A stretch of DNA of 64,000 nt from Zygnema circumcarinatum SAG 698-1b (lineage: Eukaryota; Plantae; Zygnematophyceae). Made by a program: the position numbers and the translations under genes. Positions 11,186 through 25,397 of this stretch are shown piece by piece (within the stretch, counting starts at the first letter, position 1; each line of letters starts with the position of its first letter). A model generated the notes under the pieces. It searched no databases, had not been told where the DNA came from, and saw only the letters and a program-made list of their open reading frames with translations. Location of the stretch: the NCBI GenBank assembly GCA_037447605.1, contig CM074820.1:806001-870000 (forward strand), written 5' to 3'.

Positions 11186-11760
11186 CCGGGGAGAGGGAGG
11201 GGGAGGGAGGGGGAGGGAGGGGGAGGGAGGGGGAGGGAGGGGGAGGGAGGGGGAGGGAGGGGAGGGAGGAGGGGAGGGAGGGAGGGAGGGAGGGCGAGGG
11301 AGGGGGAGGGAGGGGGAGGGAGGGGGAGGGAGGGGGAGGGAGGGGGCAGAGGAGGGGGAGGGGCGGGTGAGAAAGGGAGTGGAAGGAGAGGGAGAGGGAG
11401 AGCGAGAGGGAGAGGGAGAGGGAGAGGAAGGAGGAGGAAAGGGAGGGGGAGAGCGAGAGCGGGAGGGAAGGCAAGGGAAGGGAGAGGGAGTGGGAAGGCT
11501 GAGGGGAGGGGATGGGATGGGAGAGGGAGCGGGAGAAGGAGAGGGAGAGGGAGAAAGAAAGGGATAGGGAGAGAGAGAGGGAGAGAAGGCAGACGGACAG
11601 GTAGAGGACGAGGGAGAGGAGTGAAAAGTGAGGGAGAGGGAGAGGGAGAGAAGGGAGAGGAGCGAGGGAGATGAAGGGAAGGGAGAGGGAGAAGGAAAGG
11701 CAAAGGAGAGAGAGAGAGAGGGAGAGAGAGGGAGAGGGAGAAAGGGATAGTGTGAAAGAG
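11186..11760. repeat. G/A polypurine tract, intergenic, G-quadruplex/triplex-prone
   Basis: GGGAGGGAGGGGGAGGGA-type units followed by GA dinucleotide-rich sequence. Confidence 0.9.
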
Positions 11761-11828
11761 GTCTGCAGTGGTTTAAAAGTGGACCAGGACCAGGAGGCCC
11801 GTCCGTACGACTTGGCCCACACAGGGAA

Positions 11829-11954
11829 CACGTGGTAACGCGCACGTGGGAAGAAGCCAGGGAAACGTACCACGTGTCAACATTGACACGTGGCGCAGCG
11901 CGATTAGTGCATGGCAAGATCCACCCGGGTCCAGGCCTTCATGACACGTGTCAT
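11829..11954. promoter_or_regulatory. Cluster of five G-box/ABRE-type CACGTG motifs about 1.2 kb upstream of the CCT start
   Basis: CACGTG at 11829, 11843, 11871, 11887 and 11945. Includes inverted repeat CCACGTGTCAA-CA-TTGACACGTGG (11870-11893) and palindrome ATGACACGTGTCAT (11941-11954). Regulatory function is inferred. Confidence 0.55.
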
Positions 11955-13110
11955 TGGTCAGGCACAGAATCTCTGAGTGCGCGCTCCCATTGGTCATATT
12001 GAATCCTCACACATGCCAAAACGAAACTCAGAATAAATGATGCAAAAATAGAGCGTGCAGTGAAATGTGTGCTGACGTGACGTGATATCATTGGACCAGA
12101 AATCAAAGCCCCGCGTTCTGCCTGGCGAGCGCCAGTCGAGAATCTCCAATTGTGACTGCCACGTAGACGATTGTATGACACGTCGCAATTCGTCAGTGGA
12201 CGACGCTCCACCATAATTCTATATGGAAAAAAAGGCCCAAAATCCTGAGTCTGAGGGCGACGCTGGACTGTCCGATTGAACTCGGACGGTCTAGCGTCGT
12301 CCGAAAATCGAGATTTGCAAATTTTTTGCGGCCAAATTTTTGTTCCCGACTTAAAGGAACAGAAAATCCCAAAACAAGGGCAACATTTCGCTGTCGGAAG
12401 GGCGGTCTTTGATTGGCTCCGCAGATTCCGGAGACCATTTTCTCTGGGCCGGCCTTCGGGGAACAGTCGGGGCTTTCGCCAAAACTGCCGAGCAGAGTAT
12501 CGTCCAATCGCGGCTCGTCACGTGGTCAAAGTTGTGTACGTGGCGGACCGCCAGTGGACGCTGCTCGATACAGTTTTTGCCATGGGGGTCGGAGCCGAGG
12601 GAGAATGAGAGAGAGCGAGGGAGAGAGGGAGAGCGAGGGAGAGCGAGGGAGAAAGGGAGAGAGAGAGAGGGAGAGAGCGAGGGAGGGAGAGAGAGAGGGA
12701 GGGAGAGAGAGAGGGGGAGGGGGGGAGGAGAGAGGGAGGGGGAGGGAAGGAGGGAGGGAGAGAGGAAGTGAGAGACGAGAGAAAGAAGTGGTTTTGAAGC
12801 CGAATTTTGGTCCATCCCACAAGTAATTTTGCAATCGTGGTCCGAATTGGAGGGAGGCGCTGAATTGCATCGCTCAAGGTGAAGGGGAAGCGAATTGGAG
12901 CATGAACTGCGCAGTTTGCGCGGTATTTCGGGGCAATCCTGCAATTTGTGTGTTTTTTTGCAGATGATTGAGAATTTTTCGAATTCTATAAATTAATTGA
13001 TAATTTTGCGAGATTTCGGGAAACTTTGAAAGGTCTGCAGGCTTTTAGAGAAATTTTTGTGACTTTTTTTTCTTTTATGGAATTTGGGGCGTTCAGGAAT
13101 GAAAAAAGGG

Positions 13111-17102
<3,992 letters not shown>

Positions 17103-18683
17103 TGCTTGGGAAATCATTGGACTCAAAATCTTGGGAAGGAATGGGAGAAAGGGAAAGAGAAAGAAGAGAAACAAGGCGCAAAACTGTCACTTTGTTGACA
17201 AATCGTCAGCTGTCATTGTGCGTAGTTCTCTCTAAACGCGTTTTCTTGTCACGTCACATCATGGGACGTGTTGTTTCACTTTGGACATGTACTTTGCAAT
17301 TTTTCTTTTTGGGTACTGAAGGTGGGGTCTTTTCCCGATTCGCATTCTGATTAAAGCTAGTTTGTTTCAAAATTGCGGTGAAGCCATTCCGGATTAAGAG
17401 ACATTTCTAACGCTGTTTGGCTATTGAATGGAAAGTCATAGTTGTGGCTGATGACTTAACGAGAAACAGACTAAACACACGAAGGTAAAAATTTATCAAG
17501 GTTTTATAAATCCATTGGACTCTCAACCACAGCCACTTTGAAGCGTTAAACCAACTTCAATCACATTTACCTTTTTTTAGTCATATTTTAGTCAGGGATT
17601 CATTATGCCCGTTAATAATCGTGGTGTCCAAAATGGCTCTTGGTTAGAATTTTTTGCATTAGTTACGACCCCTGGTTTTTTTTCTGGTACGTTTTCTAGG
17701 TGGCTCGATATTCGCAATGAAAGGAAAGCAAAAAAATGTTCATGCCCACAATACAAACAACCCAAACTTGACAGTTTTGGGCTTATTTACAAAAACCAAA
17801 ATGAAGAAAATCAAAGATGTACAGTATCTAACTAAGATTGATACTTATTGACATTTTGAGGGCAGCTAAACAATAAAAAAAAACTATTTTTTTCTATAAC
17901 TTCAGAGAAGGATAAAAAAGACACAACTCGTCAAATTTCTTACTCCCTACTTCCTACCCAAAGATTGACTCGGCGGTCTTTTTCCCAAAGACCAACAATC
18001 TCCAAAACTGGAATCAAACTAATTTTTTTTTTCTCAAGATTAACAAAAAATCTTAAATGGATCAAAGAAGCCCTGTTACGAGGTTTTATGTTTTCCGTAC
18101 GTTCCAAAAACACGGAGCTGCTAGCATAGAAAAGGGCCCCATTCTTCATATTAGCTAACGTATTACTGCTAAGCGGCGTCGAAAAAAAGGCCTCTCAAAG
18201 GTAATATACAGAGAGAGAGATAGCAACGAAGCCGAAAAGTTGGGGGAAAAAGGTAAAATATGAAACGAAGAAATTTTGGGTTTTCCGGGTTTTGCCATGG
18301 ATGCAAAGTCCAGATGAAAAAGAATAAAAAAGGGGCGAATTCTCGAGGAGCTTCCATATTCTGTTAGTTGCTATGAGAAGCGAGGGAGGGGTTAAACCGG
18401 ACCTGCTTGTGTCGATACTGCCGAAACTGGTTCATGTAAAGCGAGGGAGAGGGGGGAGGTGTGCGAGGAGAGGGGCGAAGGGTAGGCCCCATCCCTCCCT
18501 TCCTCACTCTCTCCCTCCCTCCCTCCCACCCTCCCTCTCTCCACCCCCTTCCGCACTCGCTCTCTATCACTCTCTCACACTCGCTCTCTCTCACTCTCTC
18601 ACGCTCGCTCTCTCTCACTCTCACGCTCGCTCACTATTTCCTTCATCGCTCATTCTCATTCGCGCTCTCTCTCTCTCTCTCTC

Positions 18684-21216
18684 TCACTCGCTCTCCCTCA
18701 CTCTCCTCCACAATGGTAGAAGCTCGGCAATCCTTAGCTCCGGATCGACCATATCCGCTGCCACGGAGCCCTTCTTTGGCTTCGAAACATTACAAATCGT
18801 GCATCCATTTTTCGCCGCACTCAAATAGACTCTTGCTGTCAGGTCCATATTCTTCTGCTCATTCAACTCAACCACTCTCGGAGTGTTCTCTCCCAACTTC
18901 ACCAGCTCCTCTATGCCTTCCGCTGTAATGTTCCAACACTTGGTAAGCCCCAATTTCTCCAACTTCCGGCCTCGCTTCTGTTGAATTCCTGCTACTAAAG
19001 TCAAATCCGAAAGTTCTGAACACTCGCTCAGAAAGAGCAGAATTAAGTTCTCAGATTTTGCTAAGATTGCGGCAATTCCCTCTCCCACAGAACCCCCTGT
19101 TTTGCCTAGTCGTAGGCTCTGTAGAGCCGTACAATTCTCTGCTATAGAGACAAGGCTTTCTGCTCCTATGCAGGAGCAGTCTCCTACATCTAAAACAACT
19201 AAAGAATTTCCCGAGCCCGATATCAGGAGAGATAGGGTTGCATCTTTCAGTCCCTTCAGTCCTGATAATCGAAGAGCTTCAAACTTTCGACATCCCATAG
19301 CAATTGTGGCCATGCTCTCATCGTTCACTACCACTTCCTCTCTCTCTCCCACCCCTCTGAACACTCCACTCTCTTCCTCCTCCTTCACCGAACGGTCCAA
19401 CCAAAGCTCCCTCAAGTTTGGGCAGCACGTTCCCACAGCTGTCAAAAGCCCATTATCAACATTTTCAAGCTCCCATAATCGGATAGATTGAAGAGAGCTC
19501 CCACAAGCTTGAAATGCTCCCGCCCACTCTCTCTCTTCTCCCCTCAGAGAGAATCTCCCAAAGGAGAGATACTTCAACGATGTGGTTGCCGAGGTTAAAG
19601 TGAAAACATCCGCAGCAGAGAGAGTGGGAAAGGGTCTCTCACTCGCTGAGAGAGAGAGAGAGGTCAGCCGAGGACAGAGCCCCCCCAGTCTCTGCATAGC
19701 CCCCTGCATCCCCTCTCTCTCCCACCCACCTCCCCCCAGATTCAATACTTGCAAATTAGGGCAATTTTTTGCTAATCCTGCTACTCCCTCTCCGGTTACA
19801 TCCCCACATGGATGCAGAAAAAGACTCCTCAGATTTCCTCCCAAACAGCTCTCTCCTAATGACTCAATTCCTGCATTTGAAAATGACCTCCCTCTCCCTC
19901 TCCCGTTTCCATGCGCTAAAAGCAGCATTGGTAACGGTGGTGGTGGCGGTAACGGATTCTGTAACCCTTGTAACAGTGCTGCCTGAGCCTGCGCATGGAA
20001 CTGCGCCCAAAAATGTGCTAACTGTTGCCGTAATCCCACATGTGGTCCGTTATGGGGCCCAAATGGACCGAGCCCCTCCTCTTCTTCATTCTTCTTTTTA
20101 CTGAACTGACCGAGCCATAGGTCCTCTAAAGTAGAACAATGAGAGCCAATGGTAGAGAGCCACGTGTCCGAGAGAGGCCCACATTCTGCCACGTGGAGGG
20201 CTCTCAGAGAGGGGCCCCACGCAGCCAAAAGGTGTCGGAGAGCAAGGTCTGAAAAGTGGGGGCAGCGGATAATTTGGAGAATTTTCAATGGGGAGCGGGA
20301 GGAGGAGGAGGAGGAGGAGGAGGTGAGTCTGGAAGAGAGAGGGAGGCGGGGATTTTGGGGGGAGGGCCGAGTGCCAGGTGGCAGCGTACGATTGGAGAGT
20401 ATCTTGCTGACAGGTTCCATGCCTGCAGGAGGGGAGGAAAGGTAAGGGAGAGTGGGGGGGAGGGAGGGCAGGGGTAGGAGAGGTAGAGAAGGGAGCGGGA
20501 AGGGGTCGGTGGGAGAGGGCGGGGAGGAGTGGGAGAGAGGAGGGAAGGAGAGGAGCCAACGCAAATGTATGCTCCAACGCACAAAACGTTTAATTCGTCC
20601 ATTCAGAAAGTGGTGGTTCGTCTAGATGTCCATTCTCTAATAGCTGGAGAGAGGGGGAAAAAGAGAAGGGGGTGAGAGAGAAGTGGAGGGAATGGAGAGA
20701 GACAGAAGAGAGTTTAGGGTTCGAGGGGGAAAGAAATTACCAGATTTTCCCACAATTGGGCAGTTTTCGATCCGCAGAGCCGTCAGCTGTTTGCAGTGTA
20801 ACACAATCTGAGAAATTCCGTTGTCGTCAACGGAAACGCAATTTTCGAGCCGCATGGAACGCAGGAGGGAGCAGCCCCCGCTGATCGCAGTGAGCCCCAC
20901 CGCATCCAAAAAGCCAAAGCGGCCAACCTCCTCTTCTTGCCAGTCTGAAAACGGAGAACAAAAGTAATGAAAAAAAAAGGATAAAAAATTAAGGACGTGC
21001 CAAAACGCGCGTGCTAGAAAAACGAAACACGTGGCATGTTTTACTTCTTGTTTGTTTGCTTGATTGTTTTTTTTTTCTGTTCCATTCTCCCATTCTTATT
21101 TTTTTTTTTGTTTTTCCCCTAATGACACCAAGACGCAACCGTAACAGCAATAGACTCCTGACAGCTCGATTCAACTGCCATTCCAACAGAGAAAGGGTAA
21201 GGGGGGGAAGAGAGTG

Positions 21217-21283
<67 letters not shown>

Positions 21284-21547
21284 GGAGAGAGGGAGAGAGA
21301 GTGGGCGAGAGAGAGGAAGAGAGAGCGCACCGAGGTGCAGCAGCGCGGGGAAGGCGGAGGGCAGCGCGGCCGCACGTGCGGGGCGGGGTGGGCGGGCGGT
21401 GACGTGGAGGCGCTGGCGGGCGCGTTCGAGCGCGCGCCATCGCTTGCAGACGTGCGCGCACGCGCCGCCCGCCACGCGCGGGAACACGTGCGAGGCCAAC
21501 ACCGCGTCCGGCAGCCGCGCGATCGCCTCGCGCTCGCACGGCGCCAT
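18684..21547 (-). CDS. F-box / leucine-rich-repeat (RNI-like) protein. Exons 21547-21331, 20944-20741, 20422-18684
   Basis: N-terminal F-box (RLPDAVLASHVF...ACAHVCKRWRAL) followed by cysteine-containing LRRs (LRSMRLENC, LTALRIENC, LQSLRLG, LFLSECSELSDL, LEKLGLTKCWNIT). Phases 1/1 are consistent. Confidence 0.88.
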
Positions 21548-21884
21548 GCAGGGAGGGGGGGGAGGGAGCAAGGGAGGGAGGGAAGGTGGGAGGGAGGGGA
21601 GGAGGGGGAGGGGGAGGGGAAGAGGGTACAAGGGGGGAGGGGAGGGAGGGAGAGAGGGAGGGAGGGAGGAGGGAGAGGGGAAGAGGGTGCGAGGGGGGGA
21701 GAGAGGGAGGAATGGAGGGAGAGGAGAGGAGGGTGCGAGGGAGGGAGGGAGGGAGGGAGGGAGGAAGGGAGGGAGGGAGAGAGGGAGGGGTTTCGAGGGG
21801 GGGGGCAGAGGGGGGAGGCGGAGGGGGGGGGAAGGGGGGGAACGGAGCGGGAGAGGAGAGGGAGTGTGCGACTGTCAGCGAAAA

Positions 21885-21926
21885 TTAGGGTTAGGGTTAG
21901 GGTTAGGGTTAGGATTAGGGTTAGGG
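21885..21926. repeat. Interstitial telomere-type repeat (TTAGGG)x7 (one TTAGGA), at the 5' end of the F-box/LRR gene (telo-box-like)
   Basis: Direct reading. TGGGCC (site II-like) lies nearby at about 21967. Confidence 0.85.
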
Positions 21927-22941
21927 TTTCCCGGAGCGGCGGAGGCGGCGACCGTTGGATTGTGGATTGGGCCGTTGTGACCTTCCGTATGTGAAACATG
22001 TACGAAAATGCACGGATATTTAAACGGGTGTATGTTGTAAAGTTACAGTTGCGTATAACGTTCCGCAGGACGACATGCAACAGAACAGGTACGGATCAGC
22101 GATGGGGTCATGATGAAGGCCATGGCATGACGGGGGCATGGACAAAGGCAGAAAGTAGAGCCCATGTGGACCCGTGCGGCCACAAATGATCCATGAACGC
22201 AAGACAACATGCCCACGGCTCTTTGGACGCAGGCCCGGCAACGGGAGAGGAGGAGAGAATGGAATTGTATCCCATTTCATGCGCAATGTTTGAGAACGTT
22301 TGTTGGAGGCAACAAGCATGGCATCATGCCCCAGCACCACCTCCACATCATCTAAAGGGAAAGTTGTTTTCGTGTTAACTAAAGGCCGCCACGCAATGTA
22401 CGTATATACATGTCCATGTGAGTGCTTCATCCCATCCTGAGAGAGCAAAAGTGAGCTGTTCTTTACATCTGAGGTTAGAACCCCTAAGAGGGGGCCTGCC
22501 ATTGGCCACTAGAAGACCTCGCCACACGTGTGTGTCATACATCTTGTAGGACCCTCCATCATGGAAAGCATGAAGCGATGTTCCCACAAGGAATGGTAGC
22601 GTGGTTGTTCAACACGGCAAACATTCATTCCACATCCGTGCCTTGTGACCCATCTCGCATACCCGCTCTGCCTGAAGCCGCATACGACCTCCCTCGCCCC
22701 TCCACAGCGAGTATGGGAACATGGGTCAACAAACTTGCGAATGAACAAGACTACAACAAACCACGAATTCAGCGAAGTTGAGAAGGTCGAGCAGTGGGTT
22801 GTCCTCGCCTCACTGCATTGGCCTGCCACGAGGGGGAACAACAGACAAACCCATGATGCTTCTTCAGTGTTGGGTTGCAGCTCCATGTGAAGCGTACCCT
22901 GTTTAACTGTTTTGGTGACTGCAACTACCATCGAGCTTACC

Positions 22942-25364
22942 TCATTGTTGCCCATGGAAGGGGCTGCGGGAGGCTGCATGGGAGGGAAGGTTTCCGTACA
23001 AGGAAACGGGTAACAGTGCCAGCACTGATGCATGGAACCGGGAGGGTCCATAGAACTCGTCCCTGTGTTGCATGATCGCCCAGCTTGTGTGTCAAGAAAT
23101 TCAGCAAAAAAGCAACAACAAGAATAAGGGAGGGGTTCAAAGATGAGCATTCTTCCAGCGCCTATTATTTGTATGCTCCTCTGATTCAGAGTTCAAGCGA
23201 AAGCCCTGTTGCAATTCGACCATAATGGGGAGATTCAACCATTGATGGGTGCAGCGGAGACGCTTATGTGCCATAAGTTTATGTTCACACGAATGTAAGT
23301 GCCACGTGGCCCCAAACAAATCGACATTTTTAAGGGAACACGTCAGCGCATAAGAAGAGCAGCATGTTGTTATGAATGTCTTCCAGATTCTTTACGTTTT
23401 TGCACTTCAGCACTTACTGAATGCTAAGAGATCCCGTTCCATCGCTTCGTCGATACGTTCTGGACATAATAATAGACAGACAATAAGAAGACAGAGAAGC
23501 AGAAGAATGATTAGAAGAAGAGGAGAAGAGAGAGCATCAGAAGAGTTAGACTCTGCCTTCTCCCGCAGATACGACAAGGTGAAGGAGCTTCTCTGACTGC
23601 TCAAACTCCTCAGTTTAAACTTTGTGCTGGGCAAGATTTGTAACACAAAGCGAATAAAAGTAGAAGGGAAATGTAATGCGGAGTATTATTGAAACGGAAG
23701 GTCTACTTGACCTACTGTTACTTTGTCGCTTTGCGTCCGTACGATCGAGCAGCCACTCAAAGAAACATTTGGGCCTCCTCCGTACAGTTCGCTGCTGTCC
23801 ATAGTCCATCAATTCGGTCCATAATTGGCTCACATCGTAGTGAGATTTTTGAATATATTGAACCACCTAGCCAGAAAGTACGCCCCACAAAGAAAAAATC
23901 GATCCAAGAAAAGTTGACAAAAAGCGACTCATCATTAGACAGCGCCAAGCTTCTGCGATGTCTTAAATGTAAAAAAAAAAAAAGCCACATAGTGACAAAA
24001 GGAACAGATCTGCTTTGACTATATCGAGGTCGACTTTGAAGCCATAACTTTGCGTGCAGGACTGAAATTTAAAAAAAAATGAGCAAAATTCTGGGACTTC
24101 AAATTTCATAGAGAACAAAAACAAAGGCAAATGACCTATTTTAGAAACAAAAAGATGATTTTTTTTTCATACCTCATAAAGGCGGCGCATTCTTTCATCC
24201 CCATATGTGCAGTAAAGCACGGACGGTCGGCCAGCCTGAAATACGAATTTTAGGTTTCCCATAAAGGCAAGAAAAAAAAACTTCTTTCTCACTATAAAAG
24301 AATCTAATTTTTCCAGTCAGATAATAAATGGGTTTTTTTTTTCTTGACTTGATTTGATACTTTATGGCAGGGATGGGAGAGTAGGAGAACTCTGCTCACA
24401 AACATTGACTCCTCACATTGAAAAGAGAAGAAAAGGAGGGAGCGAGAGAGAGGGAGAGAGCGAAAGGGGGGGAGAGAGGGGGAGGGAGAAAAAAGGATAA
24501 AGGGGGAGAGCGAAAGGGGGAGGGAGAGAGAGGGGACGGGAGAGAGCGAGAGAAAACGAGAGGGCGAGAGCGAAAGGGGGAGAGAGAGGGGGGGAGGGAG
24601 AGAAAAGGAGAGAGGGGGGGAGCGAAAGGGGGAGAGAAAGAGAGAGGAAGGGAGAGAGAGCGAGAGAAAAAGAGGGTGAGGGCGAAAGAGAGAGAGAGGG
24701 GAGGGAGGGAGAGAAAGAGCGAGAGCAAAAAAAAGAGGGGAGAGAGCGAAAGTGGAGAAAGAGAGGGGGAGGGAGGGAGAGAGCGCGAGAAAAAAGAGAG
24801 GGGGGAGCGAAAGAGGGAGAACAGTGCGGAAAATGGGGAGAGAGAGAAGAAGGAGATTGAGCACTCTCTCACTTGCCCTGTAGTGGTAATAGTGATAGGG
24901 TGGTATTTGTTCTAAGTACCATGGACGCAGCCATCCATTGGAGCATGCTCTTTATTTGCGGGTCCCCTCCGAACACTCCGCAGCCCCAATTTCCAGTCGC
25001 TATTGGAATATTCTTATTTTCCATCTGGTAAGATAGAAAGGAAATTTAATCCATTTAATCCTTTTAATCGTTTTGATCCTCTTAATCCTTTCAATCTTAG
25101 TTAGTCTTTTTGATAGTTATGCCGTCTTAAAAAGTCACTACATTCACATGAAAAGGTATACAACATCATCTTGCAGTGGAGACTCGAATACGACAAGAAT
25201 TATTACCGGACAGAAAAGACTTTCCTTGAAGCCGCAGAAAGCCTTGTTTGCTTCCCTGCCACATTTACAAAATAAGAGTTTTGTCAGAGTTGAGAACCTC
25301 TTCCCCCCTCCCCTCCTCTCCCTCCCTCCCTCTTCCCCCCTCCCCCCTCCCCCCTCCCACTTAT

Positions 25365-25397
<33 letters not shown>

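Noticed and set aside
10935-11917. Long Pro/Ser/Leu or Gly/Glu/Arg ORFs here and at 697-1383, 12351-12944, 21011-22080, 24304-24915, 25928-26754, 43897-44562, 48888-49976 and 57264-57820
   Set aside because: These are stop-free by composition (GA/CT tracts) and lie in introns or intergenic gaps of genes defined by homology.
22020-22900. ORFs between the F-box/LRR promoter and the PARG 3' end as a LINE/retrotransposon remnant
   Set aside because: No RT, endonuclease or integrase motif is recognisable; it is more simply promoter and 3' UTR sequence.
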